From Welwitschia mirabilis (taxonomy: Eukaryota): 40,531 nucleotides of DNA. Numbering within the stretch: position 1 is the first letter of the stretch; every line of letters begins with the position of its first letter. Of this stretch, positions 13,329-26,829 are shown piece after piece. Both the position numbers and the translations under genes were made by a program. Below the pieces are notes generated by a model. That model was not told where the DNA came from, searched no databases, and saw only the letters and a list, made by a program, of their open reading frames with translations. The DNA lies in the NCBI GenBank assembly GCA_051453625.1, contig JBOZIK010000001.1:5979688-6020218 (forward strand), given 5' to 3'.

Positions 13329-13900
13329 TGTAACATCCTCGTTTTTCATAAAAATAATTTAATCATGATTTAATTAGGCAAATCGTATAGTTACTTTAGC
13401 ATTATATCCCATCCTCAATCATAATGATCTATAATTCTTGACATTATTCATTGCGTTCTTTAATTTTGATGCAAGTGTGAAATGTTTTCTTCATATTTAG
13501 AAGAATAATTTTATTCCACTATCTTTGAAATGTTTTTGTGGCTTGCATTCACTCATCATTAATATTTTAAATTATGTAATAATTTGATGTTTTATATCTC
13601 TCATCATATTAGTTATTGAAACTCTAATTCATAGAGGCAATAATAAGATATATTTATATCATACCTTTTTAGGTTAGCTAATCTCCTAATCCATTTATAA
13701 TATTTAAATAAATGGTTAATTTTCTCATTTTGATAATGTCACATCATGAAAATTTAATAGAAATTAATTCTTTTTATTATCAATCTATTAGCTATTAAAG
13801 TAGTTATGGATGCTAAAATCCAAATTAAAATTTTTATTTTTTACTTTCAGATATCACTTCTTTTCATATCACATTTTCCCTTTTGTATTTCTTATAGTTT
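13329..13900. repeat. Probable Tekay/chromovirus-type LTR terminus, interrupted by the Copia element
   Basis: TGTAACATCCTCG at 13329 matches the TGTAACAYCC terminus typical of Tekay/Del LTRs. Orientation and other end not resolved. Confidence 0.4.
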
Positions 13901-14241
13901 ACCATTAAAAAATCTTTATTTAATTTGTAGAAAAAATATAAGAATATTTTATTTGATTTCTTTTTAATAAAAAAATCATACTTGAAGATATCCACTATAC
14001 TAAGTCAATTAACTAAGCTTTTTTAGGAAATCGTTATTACATCTTTATGTTTATTAAAGTGGTTGGAGATTTTTTAAAAGGATAGGATTTTAAGAAGATA
14101 AGTAAAGGATTAAATCAAAAATTTTAAGCTAATTAAATTAGAAAATTCTCATGTATCTAGATCATTACATTTATTTTCATTGAAATTTTCTTTTGTTCAT
14201 CACTACGTTTAGCCACAAATGGGCTCTTGAAAACCCTTTCA
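13900..14241 (+). repeat. 5' LTR of the gag-only Copia element
   Basis: Aligns with ~15980-16348 (ttaaagtggttggagat, ggattttaag-agataa, ttttcatt-aaatttt); ends aaaccctttCA. Start approximate. Confidence 0.75.
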
Positions 14242-14242
14242 T

Positions 14243-14257
14243 TAGTATCAAAGTAGG
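14243..14257 (+). promoter_or_regulatory. Primer-binding site (initiator tRNA-Met type, decayed)
   Basis: tagtatcaaagtagg versus canonical TGGTATCAGAGC, differing only by G>A/C>T transitions, 1 nt after the LTR CA. Confidence 0.75.
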
Positions 14258-15109
14258 TTTAAGAAGTGGTCTAATAGGTAGCCTCAAGATCTTGCCTAAG
14301 GAAGATATATCATTTTTAAAAATCTACTAAATAAAAAAAGATTGTTAAAGAAAGAAGAAGTATTGGAGAAGAAACTTAAGGGGAAAATGTGACACAAGCA
14401 ATGATCTATGAGAATCCTATAAAATCTGCTTCAAAACTAGATCTAGTAATATTACAACATTTCTTATATTTTGTTTTAATTTTTCCTTCAAAATTTGTAT
14501 TTTATCTCCACATCTGCTATCATACATCTAGTATCACATTTACATTTTTTTCTTTTTGCTTCAGTCATAAATATTTTATAAAGAATATTAAAACTAAGGT
14601 GACATTAAACATTCTTAGAAGGGTAGGGCATAGAATTTTAGTTTTTTAGACTAATAGGATCTCTATTCTATGGGCATTGATGTCCACATTAGTGATAAAA
14701 AAATTCATGATAGATGAAGTATCCCTTTTCTTTTTTTTCTATATGTTTACAAAAAGGTAAAACATTTTAAATGATGTAAATCAAGTCAATAAGATCTCTT
14801 TTATTTACATAAGATTCAATCTAATTACTCTTTGTAAAATTATATGTTACATAATGTTTAAGNNNNNNNNNNNNNNNNNNNNNNNNNNNNNNNNNNNNNN
14901 NNNNNNNNNNNNNNNNNNNNNNNNNNNNNNNNNNNNNNNNNNNNNNNNNGATATAATAGCCATGTTATAGTGGATTTGCATATTCTAATTATGATATAGT
15001 TTTTTTTTTTTTTCTCTTTGTTGGATTGTGCTATTAGATGTTTCATGTGTGTATAGGTTTTTTTTAAAGACTATTTTCTAATACTTTAAATTGAGAAATG
15101 TTATGAAGA

Positions 15110-15620
15110 AATACATATAAAACTATAAAGGAAAATATTTCATACGTGAAAGGTGAGAATACAACTAGCCTCAACCAAAAGACATTTGAAAAATTTATCT
15201 TTGAAAAAATACACAAACCTATAGAAAAAAAAAAGGCTATAGAATAAGAACAAAAAGATTTGAGAAAAATAGCAATAAAGGGGTTTTATCTCTTAGGTTA
15301 TTACTTAAATTAAATTAACTTTAGAAAATATTCAAATAAGCTATAGAAGTATTTAGATAAACCTTTTGATTATTCTAGTAATGAAGCTAAATTTAATTTA
15401 AAGAACTAACTTTATATTCTAAAGTATGAAGAACCAAGTAGCATGGATGAGTTATTAACAATTTTACCTTTGTTGTAAGAAAAACTTAAATTACTTCAAC
15501 CTCTAGTTTTAAAACATAATCAAAAACATATCGTACAAAGTAGTCTACGTTCAAGATTTAATAATGTATATTTTACATTAAAAAGATGTCTACTTCCCTT
15601 AAAGGAATAATAATGCCTTT
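15110..15620 (+). pseudogene. Copia gag remnant (DUF4219/UBN2-like)
   Basis: FHT*KVRIQLA at ~15138-15170 (cf. NFxxWKxRM) and SSNEAKFNLKN*LYILKYEEPSSMDE from 15374 (cf. LKxQLYxLKMxEGxS). Confidence 0.7.
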
Positions 15621-15979
15621 ATTTCAAAAATTAAAAATGTATGACATAGAAAATGTTATTATTGTAAGAAAAGAGGGAATTTGATAATTGATTACTATCA
15701 AAGAGAGGAAGTTTTCTTAAATGAAAAACTTAAAAGTAAAAGCATAATTATGATCAAAGAAGTTAAAGATAAGCTAAAAGACTTTGATCCAAACGCAAGT
15801 CTAGAAGATTTGAATGGATTCTAAATGTTAAATATAGTCTCCTGTGGTGAGTTTCATATTGGTAAGTCCTTATCACAGATGATTTCTAAGGGTGGTCCTT
15901 AATTACATGTGTGATGAATTTAACCATGTGAGTTTTTATTTCACTACACTAGAAACATGTTCTCGTTAAATGAAAAAAT

Positions 15980-16348
15980 ATATATTTAAAACTTATTATT
16001 TAGGAGGATTTATTTAAAAAAAATATTTGATTTAATTTATTTTTAATAAAAAATAACACTTAAATATTCCCATTATGCCTAGTCAATTAAAGAAGTCTTT
16101 AAGGAGTGGTTATTCTATGTAGATATTTGTTAAAGTGGTTGGAGATATTTTAGGTAGATGGGATTTTAAGGAGATAAATAAGGGATGAAATCTTAAATTT
16201 TAAGCCAATAAAATTGATAAATGATCATGTATGTAAACCATTATAATTAATAAAGAATCTATATTTGGTTTACATTCATTTTCATTAAAATTTTTCTTCT
16301 ACCCCTCACTACTTTTAGCTATAAATGGATTTTTCAAAATCCCTTACA
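15980..16348 (+). repeat. 3' LTR of the gag-only Copia element
   Basis: Homologous to the 5' LTR with a ~30-bp extra segment; ends aaaatcccttaCA; preceded by purine-rich tctcgttaaatgaaaaaa (possible decayed PPT). Start approximate. Confidence 0.75.
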
Positions 16349-17999
16349 ATTAATCTCTGATTGCACTTACCCTATTAAAGCTTTATTTAAGCTATTTGAT
16401 ATTTTTCTGTAAGGTATAACTTCCTTATTGGTTTTAATTATATTTATTATTCATTACAATTATTCATGAAACTAGCTTTCATCTAATCCTTATATAGTTT
16501 TTATTTTCTTGAATTGATTTATGTCATGTATTCTATTCATTCCTAGGTTATTTAATTTCCTATATTTACTTAGAATTTTACACTAATTAAGGTAGATATA
16601 CAGCTTTTCCTTCCATATTAACTAGTAAGAACCTTTAAAATCTCTATTTATTAAGCAACATATTTTCTTTAGTATGGAAACTATGGCTAATGTATGCTTA
16701 GTAATTAAACCAATGTAAGAATTTACTATCATACTTGTTTTTTAAAAGTGGATAAATACCTAATTCATGAGTTTATGCATCTCTTATTCATTCATTTTGG
16801 TTGATTCTCCCATGTGTTGATTTTACCATAATACTTTACCAAAATTACTAGGTGTATATAATTTTTAATGCACTCTTTCACATCTATTTCATTTTAAATA
16901 ATACATCTTTTATTTTTATTTATCTTAATGAAGTATATTTGAATTTTTCGAAATAGTATATAATCCTATCTTATCTTTAAATTTCTTAATAACTTTAACT
17001 ATTACTTTAATATCCTCTTTAGTATCTTTGGTTATTAATTTCACATTATTAGTGTAATGGTTAATGAAAGATGTTTGATTTTCTATAAAGATTCCTTTAG
17101 TTTATTTTTGATTAAGAAAATTTGCATTACATCTAATCATAAAATAAATAAGAGAATAAAATGTATCCCCATACTTAAGACCTATATTTGATTTAAAAAG
17201 GTCATATGATTTTTCATTAGTCTTCATTAAAAATGTAGTAGTACCCTATAAAGTTAACATTAGATTTGTATATTTAGGGGGAGAAATCATTTTCTTAGGA
17301 TAATATTCTTTAAGGATTTCTAGTTAGTAGTGTCATAAGATTTTTTTATATTTGTTTTAATGAATATAATTGAACATATATGAGGCTTGAAAGTGTGAAT
17401 TAATTCATAATTTAAAATTAACTAATTTCCAGATATATTCAAATTTAACAAAGTTGGCTTAAGAGGAATGAATTAATTTGACTAACATTTGAGATACTTT
17501 ATGTATTAGAAATTTAGTTATGATTCTATAGATTACAATACAAACTTTTATAAGTGTAAAATATTATGAGCTAACTTTTTTAAAATAACTATTACATTTT
17601 TAAAACTAATTTTTCAAATTATTCTACCTCTTACTAGCATATTTCATGTCTATCATGTATTACAATTAATAAGTGTTAGATTTCTTGTAGAAGTCTACCA
17701 TGTAACTATCTAACATAGGAATTATGTTATTTTTCATGATTTTAATGACCTTATTACTTTTCTATTGTGAAAAGGCTTTTACAAGATGGGCTCTATCCTC
17801 TATGATCAAATTCTTCCTAATCTTCATGCTGAAAGATCCTTTTGTTTACATTTCCTATAGGTTTATATAATAATTTTTAAAATCCTTGGTTATGTATTTT
17901 TTTTTAGTAACTTCTTTATCTTATATTTTACTTATTATTATATAATTATTATTCCTATTATTTAATATTATTTTAAAAAATAATTTTATATTTAATCCC

Positions 18000-19850
18000 C
18001 TTTTTATAACCATTGTATTCTTAAGTGTTAATGCTAGAGGCTACTCTCATCCTTGCATAAATCATGTAGCTCCATTAAATTTTTAATTTTTTCATCATGA
18101 TTTATATTTCCTTCTTTATTTTGATGTTGTATTTCATCTAATTATTCTAAAAATTATTTTATTTTGCTATTAAAGTTTTGCCTATCTTCTTTAACCCATA
18201 GTTTAAGAACTTTTTTTAGGCAATTCAACACTCATATGGAAAATATCTAAGGATCCTTTTTTAAATATTCAATCAATATTTTCTAAACCAATTTTTCAAG
18301 CATCTCTCTATTTAACTAATATCATTTAAGATTAAAATAGCTATAATAAGGTTTTGTAATCATTTTCAAAAAAATAGAGTTGTGATTTCATTTTATTCTT
18401 GATAATCCTTTAAGTTAATATGTTATATCATTTATAAGCTTTTCTGATATCTATTCTCTATCTATTCTTATAATAATCTTATTGATACAATCCTGCAATT
18501 AGTCTACGCATACATACTATTTGATAAATTCTAATCAAATAGGTCTTTTTTCCTATAATAAGTATAAATATTCACTAAATCTAGATTCATTCTACTATTT
18601 TCTTTGAAATGTTTTCACCTATATTGCAATCTATTAAAATCATTAACAATTAACTAAAGCCACTAATAATTACCCAATGACAATTTCTATTATTTTTGAT
18701 TAGCTTCTTAAGAATTTAAAATCTTATTTATTGATTCTATGGAATATAAAAATGAGTTATGATTGTATCATCAATGTGAATAATGAGGAATAATTATTTA
18801 TTTCTATTACTTTGAAATAAATTCTATTAGTAATCAATAGTCCTCTTACTCTACTTATACTAGAAAGCATAATGGTATTCTAATCCTTAGGGTACATCCA
18901 AATTTGACCAGTTAATTTTTTCATTTCTAGTATATACCTCAAGTCAACTTTTCATTTTTATGAAATGAAGAATAAATTCCTTTTTATAGGTCATCTTCAT
19001 CCCTCTTAGATTTCATGGTAAGAATATCATCAAGAATTCTTTCTATAGTTGAGGTCTTTGTCAATTGTATTCCTAAGAGTTAATAAGGTCTATTTAAGAT
19101 ATGTAACTTAATTTTCATGATTTTCATTTCAATATTTATCTATCTTTTCTTAGTGTTACATGCTTTATGATATTTAGGAGGAGAGGATATTTTTATTTGT
19201 ATAACCTCTATATTCTATTGTATTATAGAGGGCTAAAAGAATCCTTGAAGTTTTTTCCCCATCCATCTTTGATACTTTCTATCCAATTTTGTTTAGTGAA
19301 GTGCTATCATCTTACTTTTTTTTTTCTTTTTATCTTTAATTATCCTCTTCTTATTTCTTCAAATATTTTACACCCTCAAATCTATTTTTATTAAATATAT
19401 CTTCTCTTTTGTTGGATTTTATTTCTTATTTTACATCCCATAGTTATTTTTCACATGTCCTAATCTTCTATAATAATTATAGCTTAGTTTCTTTTCATAC
19501 TCTTCTTTTGTAGATCCTTCTTTCTAATAGTACCTTCATTTAATTAATTTTTTCTCATGCCCTTTCTAGATGGCCTATGTTTTCATAACTTTTATTTTAG
19601 TGTATCCTCATGTAAAACATTGAGGTTTTAAAAAATATGTTTGAATTTGAACTATTTTTGTTTGATTTTCTATATGCTCTACAAGGTAGACCACTCACTA
19701 GACCAAGATAGTACAAAACTAGAGTCTTTACCTACTATGCTATCTATTTTAATCAGTCTTATAAATTATTTTATAATTTCTTCTAATAATTTAACATCCT
19801 AAAACTCTATTAAAAAGTTCATTATTCCTATCCATATTGAAACATTATTA
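18000..19850 (-). pseudogene. Heavily decayed Tekay/chromovirus-like gag-pol remnant
   Basis: Minus-strand motifs in gypsy order: gag-like WIGIMNFLIEF*..EE..*FIRL (~19840-19750); protease end LDVP*GLEYHYAF (~18900-18862; cf. FDVILGMDWLxxYHA); RT-like VCVD*...INKIII (~18515-18470; cf. MCVDYRxLNKVT); RNase H-like GAT*FMQG*E*PLA (~18075-18031). Confidence 0.5.
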
Positions 19851-20669
19851 AAACAAACCCCTAGTTTTCATGAAGCAATATCAAAATCGTTGTTCCAAAT
19901 AATCTAGATTTTCTCCACTATGATTTTGTTTCTACCTTGAGAATAAGAGAAACAAAAGAAGACAAGTTATTTAAACATTGATGCTACCTTCACTCCTCTA
20001 ATACGAATCTTTTTTCAAAGTATTTAGGAATGTATTAAGTATAACATAGATCCAAAACCAGTGAACATAAATTTTACTAATAAATAATTCTTAAATTTTA
20101 TTTTAACTTAAGGCATACCTCATCTAAAATTAGAAAATTTAACGTAGATACTTAAATAATTAGTCTAGATTATTTAAATTAAGCCATAGTATGAATTAAG
20201 AAAAGTGCCTTTTCATGTTTTTAAAAAGCTATAGCTACTTTTCCACCACTAAAAAAACTCATATTATTAAACTATTACTATTAAGGACAACAACTTAAAC
20301 TAGTAACATACCTCATAAGCTATTATTCCTTTGGTGATGCTAATCTTAGCTCAACCATACTACTTTTCCATTTTTATAAACTCCTTCACTCTTAATTAAG
20401 TAATTTTCAATTTAAAACTTAAATAAAAACTAAAAATTTTAGTGAATTATATTATATAAGTAAAAAGGAAAAAATAAAAAAGAGGAGAGGGTAAGGGAAA
20501 ATAACATAAAGATAAAAAAAAAAGAAAAAAGGGTTTTGAGTTTAATATAGTTAATTTTAGTAAATCTTATTTCACATCTCAAGCTTTACTCAATCTTATA
20601 CAAATTATAAGTGAAAAATAATCTTTAAGTAAGCGAACATCATCTAAAGCATCTTTTTCCACATTTCTA

Positions 20670-21712
20670 CTAGGATCAATCATCTTAGAGGGAGGGGTGA
20701 ATAGGATAGAAAATTAAAATTTTTTTAAATTAATTCTATTGAGTCCATAATTAAATTAAAGTAATATTTAAAATTAAATTAGTCACAACTATGTACTAAT
20801 AAAATTAAATTAAAAAATAACAAGAGATAATGAAACTAAGGTCATTTTCTTCATTGATAAGTGAAGAAACTAGAACATTCGAATGAGACATTTTAGTAGC
20901 TCTCAACTAATTATAATAGGATTTTAAGACCTTATCCTTAAACCACATCAGTATAATAATTTCAAAGGAAGAGATGAAAAAATATGAAAGAAATAATAGA
21001 ATAGAAGATTTTAGGATGTGTATTTTGTGCACAAGATAGAATTTAAATGATCAAAAGCGATTGAATTTTTAACATTGATTAAACTATATAAGAAACATGT
21101 TTGTAACTGTTACACATCATTAGTACAATGTTTGTAACTATTTGAAAGAAGTATATTAATCATAAAGACCTCTAATGGCTAGTAAAATGATCATAGTTTA
21201 TCTAAAATAATTGCATGTAGTCTTTACTTTTCTTAGTGGATTCAGGATTGATCAATGCTTTAGAATAGCCCAGATGCTCATATTAGATAATAAATCATTA
21301 TTTATGATTGGTTAACACTACATTAAAAGATATAAATTCATCATAGNNNNNNNNNNNNNNNNNNNNNNNNNNNNNNNNNNNNNNNNNNNNNNNNNNNNNN
21401 NNNNNNNNNNNNNNNNNNNNNNNNNNNNNNNNNNNNNNNNNNNNNNCATCATAGGCTAGTCAACTATCAACTATTTACTAGCCATATGCCTTTTGCATTT
21501 TGAAAATTTAACATTAAAAACCCTAGTCACTTATCTAGTAATACCTAATTGACTATTCATTCATTTTCTTATGTTATCTTAGCCTTAGGTTATTTTTTAC
21601 TTAGTTTGAACTTCAATCTTTAAAGAGGACCCTTGAAATAAAACATTTCACTTATTACTTGACATTCTGCAAGATTTATATTTTTGTCAAGAAATAATTA
21701 ATAGGTATAACA
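20670..21712 (-). repeat. SIRE-type 3' LTR
   Basis: tagagggaggggtgaatag at 20686-20704 is the reverse complement of the conserved CTATTCACCCC..CTCTA Sirevirus LTR 3' motif; other end ..taaCA at 21711-21712 followed by decayed PPT atctttttctt; internal palindromic motifs (tgtaactgttaca, ctagtcaacta). Confidence 0.7.
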
Positions 21713-22339
21713 ATCTTTTTCTTCATCATTGATAAGAATCAATTCATTTAAGGATAATTACATAACTCTAGGCTTCCCCTAAACCTAATGTAATTTTGCA
21801 TATTACATATGATAAATATTCTTAGTATAAAGATGAAGAGGAATTAATGTTAAATAGAGAACATTTAAAACGTAATGTGTATATGCCTCTAGGTGTATTT
21901 TTGTTATTTTTACAATATTTTTATTTTTATGATATCTTAATAAACATAGAAATTTATACTAATACTTTCTCTAGATTGATTAAACTATTAAAGAATAAAG
22001 GTACAAAAACCATATTAATTACATATAAAAGGTAACTACACATAAGAAAAATGTAAAATTGTGAAAGGAATATAACCATATTAAGTGATTAATATGTAAC
22101 ATGACATAATATGTAAAATTATAATTTAAAATTGTGTATACAATTTCTCTTTATCATTAATGAAAATTATGGATGATTAAAACATTAGAAAAGTATGTGA
22201 AAATATATCACATATGTAATAAAGTAAAATTTATGAAACATAACAATAATTATAATTTGATTCTATCTTAAAATTAGTTAATTGTATAGTATTTTTATTA
22301 GGTAAATAAGTCTTTGCCTATGACAAGGATGTCTTAGTA

Positions 22340-23604
22340 ATGGTATGGGAATAAAAAGAACATGTGATAGTGATGGATGTAAGGCACCTATAAAGAAAGT
22401 AAAGTTATGACTTTAAGGCAGATGAATTATAGCTCTCTACCTATGTTATTAACTATTGTAGTGGATACACCTCTTCTTAATCATCATCCTATACCTCCTT
22501 CTGATCTAAGTAATACTATGGAAAGATAAGATGGAAGAGGACTTTTAGATCTTTTAATAGGATAAATCTAGTAATGAAACAACTTATTTAGTTGAGCTCC
22601 TTATAGTATTTTTCATGCTACTCATTCTAGATGTTGATTTTATTCATACTACTTTATCAATATCTATTAAAGTAAACTCATAATTAGATCTATGTAATTT
22701 TAGAATATAGTGGAGTATGATAATGTTTCACTACTTTGATTGATCACATAGACTCTAAAGGCATTCAATGATTAGGTTTAATTTATGATACCTCCATCCT
22801 AACTAATGTAAATTAGTCAATGAACTTTAACAAAGTAAAATATTATCATGTTGCTATGAGATAATGAAATGTGATTAGTTCATCATAGCATATGATCTAA
22901 GTCTTATAGTATAATGTGTGTGTCATATATTTCAAAACAATAAATAATTCATTTATCATTTTTCTAGTATGAATTTAATTAATAAATTTAAGATAACATA
23001 GACTTACATTATTTTTATGTCCTTCTAATTGCCATGATGATATAATAAAAAATGAAATTTAAGGCTCCATATAATAGTAGAAAATGCATTTCCCTAAATG
23101 CTATGACTAAGTTATAATCAAAATCCTTTTTATATAAATCTTAGACATGATCAAACATAATAGGATATTTGAACATATCAAATGAGAATATCATCATGAG
23201 GAATATCTAAAACTTCTTCAATGATGTCAGATGTGATTTTTCATTTAATTCATGAAATCTTTATCTTAAGTACATGATTAACCATAGAAAATACTTCTAC
23301 TTTGTCATAAAATAAATCAACCATTTTTTATCATATTTAAGAATGAAGCAGTAGAAGTGATTTTCATTTTTGATATAGAAACATTTTAAGAATTGGATTT
23401 CTCAAAGATATAAGTTTTGTAATTTCTATGTCCCTTTCTATAAAAATCCATTATATGTAAAATTATTTTAAAATTTGAGTTTTTTGTACTAGATAGTATA
23501 GCTTGTAGATTAAGATCTCTGACTATTTATGGTTTAAGTGTTTTCACTTCTTTTAATTATAAAGAAAAACCATGTGAAACTCCTTTTTTAGTTCTCAATG
23601 GCAT
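22340..23604 (-). pseudogene. env-like ORF remnant of the SIRE element
   Basis: Start MPLRTKK at 23604; KMVDLFYDKVEV...KITSDIIEEVLDIPHDD at ~23327-23190 fits the LVxxFYxN..ITxxxIxxxLxIP pattern of plant env-like ORFs; correct position upstream of the PPTs. 3' end approximate. Confidence 0.5.
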
Positions 23605-23979
23605 TATCTATAGTCAAAAATTTAAGCATTAGTGAAAGGAAACAAAAATAAGGTAATAGAGATATGAGATAATGAAAATTCATAAATCTTAGCATTATAA
23701 TTTATAAAATGAATGATAAATAAGAAAGAATTAAAGTTAATTTAGTCATGGAATCTAAAATGGTAAGAAAATTTCTAATTAATTTAAGAAATAATTTCAT
23801 AGACATTATATTAAATACTTATCATGAAAAGTAAATAAGAAGAATGTAATAGAATTAAAACAAGTTGAAATGCACAAAATTTTAAAAAAAATAATATAAT
23901 CAGTAGGTCATTATCAAGTTTGATAAAAGGAAAAAAATATGTAAGTGACATTTAGAGAGTAAGAAATTAAAAACTTAGT

Positions 23980-25499
23980 TGATAAATATTCATTTGAGTA
24001 TAATGAACGAGATTTAAATTGAGTTGATGCCCAATGTTATTATCTTCATAAGGATAATTAAGGTAGGCTTTATAGAAATTATAAAACTCTTACTTAACTT
24101 GAAAGTTATAATTAAAGAAAGGAGGAAAAAGAGTTATTCTATTGAAACTTCATTGAAAAGATAGAAAAGCAAGAAAGATCCAAGCTTTTGTCTAACTTGC
24201 TTAACAATCCTGTATTCTAATGATATCCTACACCTTTTATAAAACATAACCTAAAATATTAGGCAATAACAACTTAGATCATAATGACATAATTTCATTT
24301 ATTATATAAAGATTGGTAAACTTAATAGTAACGTGACTTCACAACCTTAAAAGAAGAATAAATAATAAGGATCTAATGTACTCAAAATCAATTAAATTAA
24401 AGAAGACTTAGATTAAGTGATTATAGAATCCACTCACATAATAGTATAACTTGATACTAGAGTTGCTACTTAAGTATTAAAAGTGCAAAGTGATTTGCAA
24501 ATTAAAATAAAAAAAAGAAAACTATTGTGTATTAAATCAACAAAGAAACATTATATCAAAGATATAAGAAAGTTGAAAAGAACTCCTCAAGATATCCTTA
24601 AAGCAAGATCACTCCAAAATAAACAATTTAGAAGGCCATATTAACTTGATACTCCAAAGGTTCAATTCTTTTATCAAAATGAAGGATATTACAAATGAAG
24701 GCTTATGGATCTTTTATAAGCAAGCATGAGGCAAATTATGATTATAAGCCTATGGCTTATATCATTAGATGGATTGTTCCAAAATATTACATGTAGCATT
24801 TTATCATCTTGCATTAGATAGGAATTGCTGTGATGAGTCCAACACTTGGCTTCTAGACATTGCTGCTTCTATTAATCACAAATTCTATCGTGTATCTTCA
24901 TCATCATCCTACTTAGCATTACCACATGTTTTTACTATGCATCATCATCATCACTGCCACATGTCATAAGAGATGCTAGTTATTTCTAATATTAAATCCA
25001 ATTAAGTCCATAATAGGACTCAGTGGAATCTTGCATGACAAGTTAAGAATGTAAGTTTTTAAGTGTTATATTCAGAAGAACTAATGGCACCAGTGACTTG
25101 GATGATGACATTTAATACTACATGATGTTTAACTTTTGTTATGTTCTTCTAAATGAAATAGTTCTCTTGAAATGTCATGGAAACATGATAAGTTCATGAT
25201 TATTATAGTAAAGTAATAGAAGATATATTTTCAAAATATATCCATTATATTAATATCTTTCATTAAGATAAAGGAGTCAAATAAGTTTATTATATTATTA
25301 GTTTTTAAAGTTAACACAATTCCTAATTATACTTTATTAGAATCTTAGCAAAAACTTTATAATAAGATGACTAACATGGAAAAAGTTTCTAAGACAAAAT
25401 ACTTAAGTATTAAAAATGATATCTCTATAAAACATTTATGAAAAATTTTCTAAAATTAAGGCATCAAAGTTTAAAAATTCTATAAAAAATTGGATGTCA
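23980..25499 (-). repeat. 3' LTR of element B (~1.5 kb)
   Basis: 23987-24845 aligns with 33964-34835; termini TGA (25499, minus) and TATCA (23980, minus); TATAAAA at 24718-24712. Confidence 0.9.
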
Positions 25500-25530
25500 T
25501 ACTCCCAACTAAAATCAAATTTTATCCTCA
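25500..25530 (-). promoter_or_regulatory. Polypurine tract of element B
   Basis: Minus strand tgaggataaaatttgattttagttgggagta directly before the LTR TG, matching the Athila gaggac...aagtttgggggtg context. Confidence 0.7.
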
Positions 25531-26829
25531 AATTTTTATGATAAAAACTATTAATGCTTTTCAAAACATAATGTTAAAAATATTTTGATAAGTCCTTTTA
25601 TTAAAACAAAAAGATGTAGAGTCATGTAACTAAGCTATAAAAAAGAAAAACTACCTAATGCAAGATAACCATTTTAGTTTTAATAAAAAATGCTAAGTAA
25701 AAAGTTAATTTATAAAAATTGTTTATGCCATATGATGTTATTTTTTATAAAGTAAAATGGGTAATGGAAATGAAGAATAAAAGTATGGAAAAGGACTCAA
25801 CCACACAACCAATTAATAAGAAAGATAACCTATCTTAATTAATGGTTTTTATTAAATTTTTGTGATTTTTAATCAATCTCAACATCAAATAAGCATAGTA
25901 TCAAATTAACTTATAGGAATTTAAGAAATCATAGTAAATATTAAGTATGAAAGTAAAAATATAATGGAATGCAAAAGAACTCCAATTCCTACCTTTTTCT
26001 TTCCTTTATTTTTCTTTTTCTACCAATATACATGTTCTTTATTTTAAGCCTTTAAATTACATTAAGCATCTAGTATTATGACATTGTTTTTTAAGAGAGT
26101 TAAACATGATGTTTTGTGAAGAAATTAGTTCTACATTACTTGTAAGTGTTTATAGCCCTAATGCAGTTGATTATATCATAATTAGATTATTTAAGTTGCA
26201 TTACCAATGAATGGTTATAGCCCCAATGTAATTAACTAAACCTAATTAAGTAATTAAGGAGATATGCATTTTAAGAAGAGATATAATTTTTCTTCTGTTT
26301 ATTTTTTCATATTCATTTTTTGCACATTTAAGGGATCATAGTTTTATTATCCTAATCAAGAAAAATCTTATTCCCATTAAAATATTTTAAACATAAGGAG
26401 TATAATATGAGATAGATTCTACCTATTTAGCCATATNNNNNNNNNNNNNNNNNNNNNNNNNNNNNNNNNNNNNNNNNNNNNNNNNNNNNNNNNNNNNNNN
26501 NNNNNNNNNNNNNNNNNNNNNNNNNNNNNNNNNNNNTATGCTAATCAAGAAAAATCTTATTCCCATTAAAAGATTTTAAACATAAGGAGTATAATATGAG
26601 ATAGAGTCTACCTATTTAGCCATATTTTACTAAAATTTAAGACTTTACGAGAATGTGATTTTAATAATTGGACTCAAGATAGGCATAACTTTTACTTAAA
26701 AATCCATAAGCACGCTTAATATTAACTAGTACTTAAGTGATATAAGAGATAACTTATTATTGATTTTTGTTAAAGGCCATTAACCTAGGTTTATTTATTT
26801 GATAAATTCGTAAGTTAATGGGAGGGCTG

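Larger units (their letters stand above)
13900..16348 (+). mobile_element. Small non-autonomous Ty1/copia element with gag only (TR-GAG-like)
   Basis: Two homologous ~350-bp direct repeats ending in CA, an iMet-type PBS after the first, a UBN2-type gag remnant, and no pol motifs or room for pol. Left boundary approximate. Confidence 0.75.
20670..23979 (-). mobile_element. SIRE/Sirevirus-like Copia element, 3' part (env-like ORF, PPTs, 3' LTR)
   Basis: Diagnostic Sirevirus LTR-end motif, PPT next to the LTR start, additional PPT-like tracts (~21773, ~22141) and an env-like remnant; cut at 23980 by element B. Confidence 0.65.

Noticed and set aside
24769..24969. 66-aa ORF with Ser and His runs
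   Set aside because: Lies inside the LTR of element B; the runs come from (cat/tca)n low-complexity sequence.
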